A stretch of 61,470 nt of DNA, counting the filler. It is 3 parts of 3 records of this genome, joined end to end, with 100 filler letters (N's around TTAATTAATTAA, not from the genome) between each part and the next. Parts side by side here need not be neighbours in the genome. Positions count along the whole stretch, not along the records: positions 1 to 29,167 come from SRR20825019_1259; positions 29,268 to 54,288 come from SRR20825019_1273; 1 more part is not named here. One strand, written 5' to 3'. Shown piece after piece: positions 28,071 to 40,760 of this stretch (position 1 is its first letter; each line of letters begins with the position of its first letter). The notes under the pieces are model-generated. The model searched no databases and was not told the origin of the DNA. It saw nothing but the letters and a program-made list of their open reading frames with translations. Position numbers and translations under genes: made by a program.

Positions 28071-28778
28071 ATGAAAAAAGTGTTTGATAGTGCGGAAAAA
28101 GCGCTCGACGGTTTGCTGTTTGACGGCATGACGGTCATGGCGGGCGGCTTTGGTCTTTGTGGTATTCCTGAAAACCTGATCGCGGCGCTCCATAAAGCTG
28201 GTACGCGCGATATGACGGTTATTTCCAACAACTGCGGTGTTGACGGTTTTGGTCTGGGTGTTCTTCTGGACGCCAAGCAGATCAAGAAAATGGTCTCGTC
28301 TTACGTGGGGGAAAACAAGGAATTTGAGCGCCAGTATCTGACAGGCGAGCTTGAGCTTGAGTTTAACCCGCAAGGCACTCTGGCCGAACGTATTCGGGCT
28401 GGTGGCGCGGGTATTCCCGGTTTTTATACCAAAACGGGCGTGGGCACCCTGATTGCTGAGGGCAAGGAACACAAGGATTTTGGCGGCGAAACCTACATCA
28501 TGGAAACCGGGCTGACGGCAGATCTTTCCATCGTGAAAGCCTGGAAGGGCGACACTGAAGGCAACCTCATCTTCCGCAAGACAGCGCGCAACTTCAACCC
28601 GATGATGGCTACGGCTGGCAGAATAACCGTGGCCGAGGTGGAAGAACTGGTGAAACCGGGCGAGTTGGACCCGGACCACATTCACACGCCGGGCATTTTT
28701 GTGCAGCGCATTGTTGAAGGCACCTTTGAAAAGCGTATCGAACAGCGCACAGTACGCATGGCTGGGGAGAAAGCATAA
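28071..28778 (+). CDS. scoA: 3-oxoacid CoA-transferase subunit A
   Basis: [48 protein letters not shown]. Confidence 0.93.
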   Translation: MKKVFDSAEKALDGLLFDGMTVMAGGFGLCGIPENLIAALHKAGTRDMTVISNNCGVDGFGLGVLLDAKQIKKMVSSYVGENKEFERQYLTGELELEFNPQGTLAERIRAGGAGIPGFYTKTGVGTLIAEGKEHKDFGGETYIMETGLTADLSIVKAWKGDTEGNLIFRKTARNFNPMMATAGRITVAEVEELVKPGELDPDHIHTPGIFVQRIVEGTFEKRIEQRTVRMAGEKA

Positions 28779-29167
28779 TGGCAAACACAGTCAAAGGATG
28801 GGACAGGAACCAGATGGCAGCTCGCGCAGCGCGTGAGCTTGAAGACGGGTTTTACGTCAATCTCGGCATCGGCATCCCGACCCTGGTAGCAAACTATATT
28901 CCTGATGGGATGGAAGTGACGCTGCAATCCGAGAACGGCATGCTGGGCATGGGGCCATTCCCTTATGACAATGAGGTGGATGCTGATCTCATCAACGCAG
29001 GCAAACAAACCATTACGCAGTTGCCAACCTCCAGCTATTTCTCAAGCGCAGACAGCTTTGGCATGATCCGTGGTGGTCACATTGACCTCTCGATCCTTGG
29101 TGCCATGGAAGTGGCTGAGAATGGCGATCTGGCGAACTGGATGATCCCGGGCAAGATGGTCAAGGGC
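28778..29167 (+). CDS. scoB: 3-oxoacid CoA-transferase subunit B, truncated by contig end
   Basis: VNLGIGIPT, catalytic QSENG, DLINAGK, MIRGGH; TAATG coupling to scoA. Confidence 0.93.
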
Positions 29168-29267
29168 NNNNNNNNNNNNNNNNNNNNNNNNNNNNNNNNN
29201 NNNNNNNNNNNTTAATTAATTAANNNNNNNNNNNNNNNNNNNNNNNNNNNNNNNNNNNNNNNNNNNN
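29168..29267. other. Artificial contig-joining spacer
   Basis: 44 N + TTAATTAATTAA (29212-29223, stops in all six frames) + 44 N; genes on both sides are truncated. Confidence 0.98.
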
Positions 29268-29919
29268 GAGCTATCACAACGCCAAGCTGATCATCAAACT
29301 GGCCAATGATGTGGCCCGCGTCATCAACAATGACCCGGCCGTTCGCGGGCTTTTGAAGATCGTCTTCATTCCGAATTACAATGTCTCTCTGGCCGAAGTC
29401 ATGATCCCGGCAGCCGACCTTTCGGAACAGATTTCGACGGCGGGCATGGAAGCATCAGGCACCGGCAACATGAAGTTTGCCCTGAACGGCGCACTGACCA
29501 TCGGCACACTGGACGGCGCCAATGTCGAAATGCGCGACTGGGTGGGCGACGACAATATCGTGATCTTCGGCAAGACCGCCGAGGAAGTGGAACAGGCCCG
29601 CGCCGACGGCCACAACCCGCGCCAGATCATCGAGAGCTCAAAAGAGCTGTCACAGGCACTCTCGGCCATTTCATCGGGCGTCTTTTCCCATGACGATCCC
29701 GGTCGCTACACTGATCTAATCGGCGGAATTTACGATCATGACTGGTTCATGGTCGCCGCCGACTTCGATGCCTTTGCCGCAGCACAGCGTGAGGTCGACA
29801 CGATCTGGAACGACCGCGCTTTGTGGAACGTTAAGGCAATACGCAACACTGCGCGTATGGGATGGTTCTCGTCCGACCGGACGATCAGGGAGTATGCGCG
29901 CGACATCTGGAGAGCGTAA
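29268..29919 (+). CDS. glgP: Glycogen phosphorylase, 3' part
   Basis: PLP-site motif [39 protein letters not shown]. Confidence 0.96.
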
Positions 29920-32129
29920 TGACATTGCCGGGATCAAATAATCCGGACGACGGGCGGGGCCACGCCCCGCCGCAGGAGGCTATCGAGAGCATTTTGAACG
30001 CTACACACGGCAACGCATTTTCCGTGCTCGGCATCCAGGATACAGGCACGGCCCATGTGGCGCGATGTTTTCTGCCCGGAGCCGAAAGCGTTGAAGCTTT
30101 CGATTTGGACGGAAAATCCATCGGAAAACTGCAGCGCATCGACGATTCCGGGTTCTTTTCCGGCCCGATCAAAGTCGAAGGGTTTGTGCCTATCCGCTAC
30201 CGTGCGACGCGCGGAAGTGATCAGTGGACGGTGACCGACCCGTACAGTTTCTGGCCGGTTTTAGGCCCGATGGACGATTATTTCGTCCGCGAAGGTTCGC
30301 ATTTGCGGCTTTTCGACAAGCTCGGTGCACACCCTAAAACACATCAGGGGGTCGACGGTTTTCACTTCGCCGTCTGGGCACCGAATGCCAGACGTGTTTC
30401 TGTGGTTGGCGATTTCAATGATTGGGACGGACGCCGTCATATGATGCGGTTTCGCTCTGATTCCGGCGTCTGGGAGATTTTCGCGCCCGATGTCAAACCC
30501 GGTTCTGCCTATAAATTCGAGATCATAGGAGCCGACGGAGCGCTGCTGCCTCTGAAGGCAGACCCGTTTGCCCGCCGCTCAGAGTTGCGCCCGCAAACGG
30601 CCTCCGTCACGGCAAAGGATCTGGAACAGGAATGGGACGACGAGGCACACCGTGAGCACTGGTCAACCTGCGACCGGCGGCGGGAGCCGATCTCGATCTA
30701 TGAGGTTCATGCCGGTTCATGGCAGCGCGGCGACGACGGTTCGTTCTTAAGCTGGGATGAGATGGCGGATCGGCTGATCCCCTACTGCGCCGATATGGGC
30801 TTCACCCACATCGAATTCATGCCGGTCTCGGAATACCCTTACGATCCCTCCTGGGGCTACCAGACAACCGGGCTTTACACGCCGACCGCGCGCTTTGGAG
30901 AGCCGGAAGGTTTCGCGCGTTTTGTCAATGGCTGCCACAAGGTTGGCATCGGCGTCCTCCTGGACTGGGTGCCTGCACATTTCCCAACGGATCAGCACGG
31001 ACTCAAATGGTTTGACGGGACCGCGCTTTACGAACATGCCGATCCGCGACAGGGTTTTCACCCGGACTGGAATACCGCGATTTATAATTTCGGTCGCACA
31101 GAAGTGGCTTCGTTCCTGCTCAATAATGCGCTTTATTGGGGTGAGAAATTTCATGTCGACGGGCTGCGGGTCGATGCCGTCGCGTCGATGCTCTACCTTG
31201 ATTATTCACGCAAACACAACGAGTGGGTGCCGAATGAGTATGGCGGCAACGAAAACCTCGGTGCCGTAAAATTCATTCAGGACACGAACAAGGCTGTTTA
31301 CGGCCAGTTTCCTGAAATGATGACCATCGCGGAGGAATCGACCGCCTGGCCAAAGGTTTCGCAACCGGTTCATGAGGGGGGGCTTGGCTTCGGCTTCAAG
31401 TGGAATATGGGGTTCATGCACGACACCCTCTCCTACCTCGCCCGTGAGCCTATTTTCCGAAAACATCACCATCAGGAAATCACCTTCGGTCTGCTTTACG
31501 CCTTTTCGGAGAATTATGTCCTGCCGCTATCCCATGATGAAGTTGTGCACGGAAAGGGATCACTGATCGCCAAAATGGCCGGAGACGACTGGCAGAAGTT
31601 CGCCAATCTCAGGGCCTACTACGCGTTCATGTGGGGCTACCCGGGCAAGAAGCTTCTGTTTATGGGGCAGGAGTTTGCCCAGTGGAGCGAATGGAGCGAA
31701 GCCCGCGGGCTGGACTGGAACCTGCTTCAATACCAGACCCATGAAGGTATTCGCAGGCTGGTACGCGATCTTAACTTCACCTATCGCGCAAAGCCCGCCC
31801 TTCATGCCCGCGACTGCGAACCGGAAGGTTTCGAGTGGGTCATCGTTGATGACGCGGACAATTCGGTTTTCGCCTGGCAGCGCAAGGCGCCCGGTGAAAA
31901 GCCCGTCATAATCGTTTGCAATTTTACGCCGGTGCCCCGCGAGGGCTATCATGTACCGCTTCCCAAAGCCGGTATCTGGCGCGAAATACTCAACACTGAT
32001 GCTGAAATCTATGGCGGCAGCGGGATAGGCAATGGCGGTCGCGTGCGCGCTGATCTGCATGACAACGGCTCAATCACTGCCGGCCTGACCCTGCCGCCGC
32101 TTGCGACCATTATGCTGGAACCGGAATGA
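29919..32129 (+). CDS. glgB: 1,4-alpha-glucan branching enzyme
   Basis: [47 protein letters not shown] coupling to glgP. Confidence 0.97.
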   Translation: MTLPGSNNPDDGRGHAPPQEAIESILNATHGNAFSVLGIQDTGTAHVARCFLPGAESVEAFDLDGKSIGKLQRIDDSGFFSGPIKVEGFVPIRYRATRGSDQWTVTDPYSFWPVLGPMDDYFVREGSHLRLFDKLGAHPKTHQGVDGFHFAVWAPNARRVSVVGDFNDWDGRRHMMRFRSDSGVWEIFAPDVKPGSAYKFEIIGADGALLPLKADPFARRSELRPQTASVTAKDLEQEWDDEAHREHWSTCDRRREPISIYEVHAGSWQRGDDGSFLSWDEMADRLIPYCADMGFTHIEFMPVSEYPYDPSWGYQTTGLYTPTARFGEPEGFARFVNGCHKVGIGVLLDWVPAHFPTDQHGLKWFDGTALYEHADPRQGFHPDWNTAIYNFGRTEVASFLLNNALYWGEKFHVDGLRVDAVASMLYLDYSRKHNEWVPNEYGGNENLGAVKFIQDTNKAVYGQFPEMMTIAEESTAWPKVSQPVHEGGLGFGFKWNMGFMHDTLSYLAREPIFRKHHHQEITFGLLYAFSENYVLPLSHDEVVHGKGSLIAKMAGDDWQKFANLRAYYAFMWGYPGKKLLFMGQEFAQWSEWSEARGLDWNLLQYQTHEGIRRLVRDLNFTYRAKPALHARDCEPEGFEWVIVDDADNSVFAWQRKAPGEKPVIIVCNFTPVPREGYHVPLPKAGIWREILNTDAEIYGGSGIGNGGRVRADLHDNGSITAGLTLPPLATIMLEPE

Positions 32130-32145
32130 GGAGCGGGAGGGAAGG

Positions 32146-33411
32146 ATGAATCAAAAGGCTGGACACCAACCTCTGGCGCGTGATGCCATGGCCTATGTGT
32201 TGGCTGGCGGGCGCGGCAGCCGACTGAAAGAGCTGACAGATACGCGTGCCAAACCCGCCGTTTATTTTGGCGGCAAGGCACGAATTATCGACTTTGCGCT
32301 TTCCAATGCACTCAATTCCGGTATCCGCCGCATCGGCGTTGCCACCCAATACAAGGCTCACTCTTTGATCCGGCACATGCAGCTTGGCTGGAACTTCTTC
32401 CGCCCGGAACGGAACGAAAGCTTCGATATTTTGCCAGCCTCACAGCGCGTTTCGGAAACGCAGTGGTATGAAGGCACAGCCGACGCCGTTTACCAGAACA
32501 TCGATATCATCGAGTCCTACGCTCCGGAATTCATGATCATCCTGGCGGGCGACCACGTCTACAAGATGGACTACGAGCCGATGCTCCAGCAGCATGTCGA
32601 TTCCGGTGCTGACATCACCATCGGCTGCCTTGAGGTGCCCGTGGAAGAGGCCCGCGGTTTCGGCGTCATGCATGTCGATGAGCATGACAATATTGTCGAT
32701 TTCGTCGAGAAACCAGCCAGTCCACCCGGTATTCCCGGCAACGAAACGATGTCACTGGCGTCTATGGGAATTTACGTATTCAATCGGAAATTCCTGTTTG
32801 AGTGCCTTGCACGCGATGCCGCAGATCCGACGTCGAGCCGCGACTTCGGCAAGGATATCGTCCCTTATATCGTCAAGCATGGCAAAGCTGTCGCCCATCG
32901 CTTTTCCAGCAGCTGTGTCCGCTCCAGCCGTGAGGACCGGGCCTATTGGCGTGATGTGGGAACACTTGATGCCTACTGGCAGGCCAATATCGACCTGACC
33001 GGCATTGTTCCGGATCTCGATATCTACGATAAATCCTGGCCTGTATGGACCTATTCGGAGGCGACACCGCCTGCCAAGTTTGTCCATGATGATGAAAACC
33101 GGCGCGGTTCGGCCATTTCTTCGGTGGTCTCCGGCGACTGCATCATTTCCGGTTCGCAACTTTACAAGAGCCTCTTGTTTACCGGTGTCAGAGCCAATTC
33201 CTACTCTCGTCTCGAAGGTGCCGTCGTCCTGCCTCACGTCCATATCAGCCGGTATGCACAACTGAAAAACGTGATCATTGATCACGGCGTCAGTATTCCG
33301 GAAGGTATGGTGGTCGGCGAAGACCCTGAGCTTGATGCCAAGCGCTTCAGGCGAACGGAAAGCGGTATCTGCCTGATCACCCAATCCATGATCGACAAAC
33401 TGGAAGACTGA
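32146..33411 (+). CDS. glgC: Glucose-1-phosphate adenylyltransferase
   Basis: [39 protein letters not shown]. Confidence 0.97.
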   Translation: MNQKAGHQPLARDAMAYVLAGGRGSRLKELTDTRAKPAVYFGGKARIIDFALSNALNSGIRRIGVATQYKAHSLIRHMQLGWNFFRPERNESFDILPASQRVSETQWYEGTADAVYQNIDIIESYAPEFMIILAGDHVYKMDYEPMLQQHVDSGADITIGCLEVPVEEARGFGVMHVDEHDNIVDFVEKPASPPGIPGNETMSLASMGIYVFNRKFLFECLARDAADPTSSRDFGKDIVPYIVKHGKAVAHRFSSSCVRSSREDRAYWRDVGTLDAYWQANIDLTGIVPDLDIYDKSWPVWTYSEATPPAKFVHDDENRRGSAISSVVSGDCIISGSQLYKSLLFTGVRANSYSRLEGAVVLPHVHISRYAQLKNVIIDHGVSIPEGMVVGEDPELDAKRFRRTESGICLITQSMIDKLED

Positions 33412-33414
33412 CCC

Positions 33415-34860
33415 ATGAAGGTTCTTTCCGTCACATCGGAAATCTACCCGCTGATCAAAACGGGCGGTCTGGCCGATGTTGCTGGCGCACTGCCGCTTGC
33501 ACTTCAAAACTTCGGCGTTGAAACACGCTCGCTTGTTCCCGGATATCCGGCTGTTTTGAAAGCCGTCGGCGACTCGGCCGAAAAGCTGCTCGACTTCCCA
33601 GACCTCCTTGGAGAACCGGCAACGCTGCTTTATGCGCGCCATGCCGGGCTTGAACTGCTGGTTCTGGATGCGCCGGCCTATTTCAATCGCTTCGGCAATC
33701 CATATAATTCATCGACAGGTGAAGGTTATTCGGATAACTGGCGCCGCTTCGGTGCGCTGGCGAAAGCGGCGGCAGATATTGCAGCCGGAGCATTGCCGGA
33801 CTGGGAGCCGGATATCGTTCATGCCCATGACTGGCAGGCGGCCATGACGCCAGTCTATATGCGTTATGCGGAAATGCGTGAAAAACCATCGATCGTCACC
33901 ATTCACAACATCGCATTTCAGGGCCAGTTTGATCCGACGATCTTTTCCTCGCTGCGTTTGCCTTCTCATGCCATGTCGGTTGATGGCGTCGAGTATTACG
34001 GCACGGTCGGCTATCTGAAGGGCGGCCTTCACGCTGCGTGGGCTGTTACTACCGTCAGTCCGACCTATGCGGATGAAATCCAGACGCCACAATATGGCAT
34101 GGGGCTGGAAGGCCTGATCTCAGCGCGTTCCGAAACAGTGCACGGCATTGTCAACGGCATTGATACCGCCGTATGGGACCCTGAGACCGATGATACAATT
34201 GCCCATCGTTATAACTGTACGAAGCTGCGGCAGCGCGCCCATAACCGCCAGCAACTGAGCGAGCGGTTCGGCCTCGATAACGACGATTCCCCGATTTTCT
34301 GCGTTGTTTCGCGATTGACCTGGCAAAAAGGCATGGACCTTCTGGCAGACGCGATCGGCAACATCGTCGCCATGGGCGGCAAGCTTGCAGTGCTGGGAAC
34401 CGGCGACCATCAGCTTGAACGGGCCTTCGAAAATGCGGTGCGGCTTTATCCCGGACGGGTGGGTACAATCATCGGCTACGATGAAACGCTTTCGCACATG
34501 CTTCAGGCCGGTGCCGATGCGATCCTGATCCCGTCACGCTTTGAACCCTGCGGTCTCACACAGCTTTACGGTCTTCGCTACGGTTGCATTCCAGTCGTTG
34601 CGCGCACCGGTGGACTGGCCGATACAATCGTCGATGCCAACCCGGCGGCGCTGAAGGTCAAAGCAGCCACCGGCATCCAGTTTTCACCCGTTGACCATAC
34701 ATCGCTCGTTCAGGCTATCCGTCGTACAGTCCGGCTTTACAAGAACAAAAAGGTCTGGATGCAAATGCAGAAACAGGGCATGAAAACCGATGTCTCCTGG
34801 GATGTCAGCGCCGAACGCTATGCCGAGCTTTATTCAAAACTCTATAATATGGTGCACTAG
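33415..34860 (+). CDS. glgA: Glycogen synthase
   Basis: [34 protein letters not shown]. Confidence 0.97.
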   Translation: MKVLSVTSEIYPLIKTGGLADVAGALPLALQNFGVETRSLVPGYPAVLKAVGDSAEKLLDFPDLLGEPATLLYARHAGLELLVLDAPAYFNRFGNPYNSSTGEGYSDNWRRFGALAKAAADIAAGALPDWEPDIVHAHDWQAAMTPVYMRYAEMREKPSIVTIHNIAFQGQFDPTIFSSLRLPSHAMSVDGVEYYGTVGYLKGGLHAAWAVTTVSPTYADEIQTPQYGMGLEGLISARSETVHGIVNGIDTAVWDPETDDTIAHRYNCTKLRQRAHNRQQLSERFGLDNDDSPIFCVVSRLTWQKGMDLLADAIGNIVAMGGKLAVLGTGDHQLERAFENAVRLYPGRVGTIIGYDETLSHMLQAGADAILIPSRFEPCGLTQLYGLRYGCIPVVARTGGLADTIVDANPAALKVKAATGIQFSPVDHTSLVQAIRRTVRLYKNKKVWMQMQKQGMKTDVSWDVSAERYAELYSKLYNMVH

Positions 34861-36492
<1,632 letters not shown>

Positions 36493-36555
36493 ACCCGCCA
36501 CAAACTGAAAGGCAGATGCTCGTCTGATGAGACATACTTGCATAATGACAAAAGG

Positions 36556-36598
36556 TCAGATCGTATCTGCTTCGTAATGAATCAAACATACGATCTGA
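36556..36598 (+). promoter_or_regulatory. Long stem-loop directly upstream of the glgX RBS
   Basis: TCAGATCGTAT (36556-66) and ATACGATCTGA (36588-98) form a perfect 11-bp inverted repeat. Confidence 0.55.
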
Positions 36599-36608
36599 AC
36601 AGGATTAG

Positions 36609-38591
36609 ATGAGCAGCGACAAAAAAGAACCAGGCGTCCGGGTGACGGATCGGGGCGTTGAATTTTCTGTCTATTCCGAAAATGCGACCGGCATGGAGCT
36701 TTGCCTTTATGACAAAAAGGGCGAGAAGGAAACATCTCGCCTGCCAATGTCGCGTGGCGGCAACAACCTCTATACGCTGTTTGTGGATGGCCTGAAGCCA
36801 GGCCAGCGCTATGGCTACCGGGCCTTCGGAAACTTCGATCCCATGCGGGGTCACTGGTTTGATCCGGCCAAACTACTGGTTGACCCCTATGCCAGGGAAA
36901 TTGACCGACCCTACCGGTTTGCCCCGATTTTAAGCGATTTCGGTGCCGATACCGCCCATCTTGTGCCAAAAAGCATCGTCACAGCTGACTTCGATGACGC
37001 GGTAGACCACATCGATTTCCCCTCCGGTGGTCTGATTTATGAGGCAAATGTCAAGGCACTCACCAAGCTGAACCCGCATGTACCGGAATCCATTCGCGGC
37101 ACGGTCGCAGCCCTTGGGCATGGTGCTGTTATCGAACACCTGCAAAAACTGGGCGTCGATGCCATTGAGCTGATGCCGGTAACAGCCTGGATCGATGAAC
37201 GCCATCTCCTCTCGCTCAACCTGAAGAATGCGTGGGGATACAACCCTGTCACCTTCATGGCGCTGGAACCTCGCATTTGTCCCGGTGGGATCAAAGAACT
37301 GCGCAGGGCCGTCGAGGCACTGCATGATGCCGGCATTGGCGTTATCCTCGATCTGGTTTTCAACCATACTGGCGAGAGCGACCATTTCGGCGGCTCGCTC
37401 AGTTTTCGTGGGCTCGACAACACGGTCTATTATCGGCTGGCTGAAGACGACCCCTCGGTAATGATCAATGATACCGGCTGCGGCAACACCATTGCCTGCG
37501 ACCATCCACATGTGCGGCAGATGATCATCGACAGCCTGAAGCACTTCGTGACACAGGCGGGTATCGACGGTTTTCGTTTTGATCTGGCGCCGATCCTCGG
37601 GCGAACCCGTTCGGGCTTCGATACCCATGCCGAAACCCTCACCGCCATACTCAACGACCCTGTGCTCAAGAACCGGATGATGATTGCCGAGCCATGGGAT
37701 ATCGGCCCCGGCGGTTATCAGCTCGGACACTTTCCTGCGCCGTTTCTGGAGTGGAATGACCGCGCGCGCGACGATCTTCGCAAGTTCTGGCGTGGCGATC
37801 AGCATCTGACGGGCCGTCTGGCCGATGCGATCTCCGGTTCATCACATATTTTTTCAACACGGAATTCCGATGAAACGCGGACCGTAAACTTTATCGCAGC
37901 TCATGATGGCATGACGCTTTATGACATGACGGCCTATGTTCATAAACACAATGGCCCGAATGGTGAGCGTAACCGCGACGGCCATAGTGAAAACTATTCA
38001 TGGAACAACGGTGTTGAGGGCGAGACAGACAAAGATAGTGTTATTCAACACCGAAGACAGGATATGAAAGCACTGCTTTCGACCCTCTTTGCCAGCCGCG
38101 GCGCCATCATGTTGAAAGCCGGGGATGAAGGAGGACACAGCCAGAACGGCAACAACAACGCCTATTGCCAGGATAATAAAACCACATGGCTGAACTGGAA
38201 GGCCATGGATCAGGAGCTGATCGATTACACCGGCAGTCTTTCGGCATTGCGCAAACGATTTGAAGTCTTCTCCGAAACCCGGTTCTTTACCGAAGACGAC
38301 GTGACCTGGTTACGCCAGGATGGAGAAGCCATGTCTGTTGAGGATTGGGAAGCAGCAGATTGCGCCTGCCTGAGTATTGTTCTGAATACAACAGACAAAA
38401 CCACAGGACGTCAGACACGACTGGCTGTGCTGATCAATCGCAGCCACGAGCAAAAGGCGTTTGATCTGCCGGAAGCTGACCGTCATGGCTGGCATATGCT
38501 CACAGGCAAGAGACAAGGTGCGGTTGAAATCGCGCTTGAACCTCGCTCCGTATCGTTTTATGCCGAAGAGCTCTCCGACGGTGACGTATAA
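36609..38591 (+). CDS. glgX: Glycogen debranching enzyme
   Basis: KLLVDPYA, WGYN, DLVFNH, DGFRFDLA, AEPWD, AHDG, NNAYCQDN. Confidence 0.95.
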   Translation: MSSDKKEPGVRVTDRGVEFSVYSENATGMELCLYDKKGEKETSRLPMSRGGNNLYTLFVDGLKPGQRYGYRAFGNFDPMRGHWFDPAKLLVDPYAREIDRPYRFAPILSDFGADTAHLVPKSIVTADFDDAVDHIDFPSGGLIYEANVKALTKLNPHVPESIRGTVAALGHGAVIEHLQKLGVDAIELMPVTAWIDERHLLSLNLKNAWGYNPVTFMALEPRICPGGIKELRRAVEALHDAGIGVILDLVFNHTGESDHFGGSLSFRGLDNTVYYRLAEDDPSVMINDTGCGNTIACDHPHVRQMIIDSLKHFVTQAGIDGFRFDLAPILGRTRSGFDTHAETLTAILNDPVLKNRMMIAEPWDIGPGGYQLGHFPAPFLEWNDRARDDLRKFWRGDQHLTGRLADAISGSSHIFSTRNSDETRTVNFIAAHDGMTLYDMTAYVHKHNGPNGERNRDGHSENYSWNNGVEGETDKDSVIQHRRQDMKALLSTLFASRGAIMLKAGDEGGHSQNGNNNAYCQDNKTTWLNWKAMDQELIDYTGSLSALRKRFEVFSETRFFTEDDVTWLRQDGEAMSVEDWEAADCACLSIVLNTTDKTTGRQTRLAVLINRSHEQKAFDLPEADRHGWHMLTGKRQGAVEIALEPRSVSFYAEELSDGDV

Positions 38592-38643
38592 AGAACGTTC
38601 CAGCGAGAGCTCCAAAGGCATAAACACAACGAAAGATGGTCAA

Positions 38644-39132
38644 ATGCCCATAGAAATCTCGCTTGCAGACGTGAAGAGTTATGTGGGTCAGGAGGTCGGC
38701 GTATCCCGCTGGTTCACCGTGGACCAGTCCATGATCGACACATTCGCCGATGCCACCCACGACCATCAGTTTATCCACACAGACCCGGAGCGCGCGCGCG
38801 CCGAAAGTCCTTTCGGTGGAACGATCGCCCACGGTTTTCTGACGCTTTCATTGCTTTCAGCGATGAACTTCGATTGTGTGCCAAAAGTGCGTGAGCAGAC
38901 CATGGGTATCAATTTTGGCTTCGACAAGGTTCGTTTCATGAATCCGGTGAAATGCGGCGCACGGGTGCGCGGCCACTTCAACCTGAATGAAGCGCGTTTC
39001 AGAGGTGGCGAATTGCTGGCAATCAGCTATGGCGTGAGTATTGAAATCGAAGGGGCGAAAAAACCGGCCCTCACCGCCGACTGGATCACGCTGGTCCAGT
39101 TCAACGCGGCTGACCGGCCGGAAGATATCTGA
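38644..39132 (+). CDS. MaoC/NodN-like dehydratase
   Basis: FADATHDHQFIH.DP, TIAHGFLTLSL, NFG.DKVRF. Confidence 0.9.
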   Translation: MPIEISLADVKSYVGQEVGVSRWFTVDQSMIDTFADATHDHQFIHTDPERARAESPFGGTIAHGFLTLSLLSAMNFDCVPKVREQTMGINFGFDKVRFMNPVKCGARVRGHFNLNEARFRGGELLAISYGVSIEIEGAKKPALTADWITLVQFNAADRPEDI

Positions 39133-39135
39133 CCA

Positions 39136-40194
39136 ATGCTTGCGTCTTCCATCATACGTGAAGGTTTTGAACGACAGGCACGCGCCTGCCGCGAACTGGG
39201 CTCGCCATTCACCGCCCGGCTTTGCCTTCTTGCGATTGAAAAGCTGAACCCGTCATCACCAATTGGTGGCCTGATCAATCAATGGCCGGAAGACCGGGCC
39301 GTCGCAGATGCACTGGCACTTCGTTTTTGCGGTGCCCTTCATGCTCTCAAACGGCAGGGTTTCGAACCGCTGACAGCCGTTTATCCGCCGGAACGGCCAT
39401 CGGATACCGCGCTGTGGGGCGGCATTCAGCGCGCACTGGATGAGAAGGCCGACTTTATCGCCGAGCGTATGAAATCGGCGCCTCAAACCAATGAAGTTCG
39501 CCGTTCCGCCGCCCTGTTTCCGGCTTTTGCTGCGATTGCGGCGCGTTTTCCAGGCAAACCGCTTGTGCTTTCAGAGATTGGTGCCTCTGCCGGACTTAAT
39601 CTCCTGTGGGATCGCTTTGCCTACCGGCTGGGTGGAAAGCTGTTTGCGCCTCCGGGCGATGCGCCTTTTGAGATCACTCCGGAATGGCACGGGCCTTTGC
39701 CTCCTCAAACACCGGTCGATGTAGCAGAGCGCGCCGGATGTGACCTGAACCCATTGAATGCCACCAATCCAGCGCATTGCGAACGGCTTATGTCCTATAT
39801 ATGGGCAGACCAAGAAGACCGATTGCGGCGCACGGAAACTGCGCTAAAACTGGCGCGTGAAGAAAATCTCATCGTTGAAAAGGCGGATGCTGTAGACTGG
39901 CTAGACCGTCGTCTCGCCGTTCATAGGTCAAATCAGGTGCATGTGATTTATCATACGATTGCATGGCAATATCTGCCGTATGAAGCACGCAAAAAAGGCG
40001 AAAAGCTAATTGCGGAAGCTGGCCTGCGCGCCAGTGAAACCGCTCCGCTTTGCCATCTGACCATGGAAGCCGACGAACATACGCCGGGTGCCGGCCTCGC
40101 ACTCACCATCTGGCCGGGTGGCCTGAAAAGGTCAGTCGGACGGGCCGATTTTCATGGCCGATGGGTTGACTGGGAAGGTCTGGCGCATGAATAA
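39136..40194 (+). CDS. DUF2332 family protein
   Basis: QA.AC..LGSPF, PQTNEV.R, EIGASAGLNL, GCDLNP, HTIAWQY, ADFHGRW. Confidence 0.88.
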   Translation: MLASSIIREGFERQARACRELGSPFTARLCLLAIEKLNPSSPIGGLINQWPEDRAVADALALRFCGALHALKRQGFEPLTAVYPPERPSDTALWGGIQRALDEKADFIAERMKSAPQTNEVRRSAALFPAFAAIAARFPGKPLVLSEIGASAGLNLLWDRFAYRLGGKLFAPPGDAPFEITPEWHGPLPPQTPVDVAERAGCDLNPLNATNPAHCERLMSYIWADQEDRLRRTETALKLAREENLIVEKADAVDWLDRRLAVHRSNQVHVIYHTIAWQYLPYEARKKGEKLIAEAGLRASETAPLCHLTMEADEHTPGAGLALTIWPGGLKRSVGRADFHGRWVDWEGLAHE

Positions 40195-40199
40195 ACCGA

Positions 40200-40760
40200 T
40201 TATACGGTGAGCGCTGCGTCCTTCGCGCCTTCATCCAGAAGGCCGAAAACATATGACGCAAACGAGCGCCAGCACTCCACCCGGAATGTATTTTCATCCT
40301 TGCGGTGCAGGATAATTTCAGCCTTACCGAAAACCGTGCGCGCCACCTTCCCAACCGGAAAGGCCGTTGTTCGCAGATCCATCGGGCAGGCAATATTGAG
40401 TGTCGCCGAGGCACCGGGACCGTCAACCATGATCGCAACATTACGGTGTGAAATATCAACGGCCGAAAAAGTGGCATCGATGTGACGAAGACGCTCCAAA
40501 AGCTCTTCCCCGAATTCATCAATGACCAGCCATTCATCCGGCCCCAGCCAGAAGGCGAAGCGGCCATCACCACCGCTGGCAGTCAAAGCTTTGCGCGGTA
40601 AGTCGAGTTCAAGAGCACCGGAAAGCACCCCTAACGTTTCTTCACCGGCACGTATGGAAAGCCGCGTTGCCGGTTCAGCCACGACCAGACGTGCAACGGA
40701 CGAACCGCCAAAGCGGCCAGACAACGGCAATGTGCGTTCTGCGAACTGAATATCAGCCAT
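40200..40760 (-). CDS. soxG: Sarcosine oxidase subunit gamma
   Basis: WLGPDEWL, VDISH, C.MDL...FP.G, ECWRSFA.Y; last gene of the sox operon. Confidence 0.92.
   Translation of the reverse strand: MADIQFAERTLPLSGRFGGSSVARLVVAEPATRLSIRAGEETLGVLSGALELDLPRKALTASGGDGRFAFWLGPDEWLVIDEFGEELLERLRHIDATFSAVDISHRNVAIMVDGPGASATLNIACPMDLRTTAFPVGKVARTVFGKAEIILHRKDENTFRVECWRSFASYVFGLLDEGAKDAALTV

Noticed and set aside
29212..29223. TTAATTAATTAA palindrome in N runs (also 54333-54344) as a biological site
   Set aside because: Identical, symmetric N padding and stops in all six frames mark it as an assembly linker.
36505..36535. CTGATGAG plus upstream GAAA as a hammerhead ribozyme core
   Set aside because: Stems I-III cannot be built around the core; only two bases separate the putative cleavage site from CUGAUGA.
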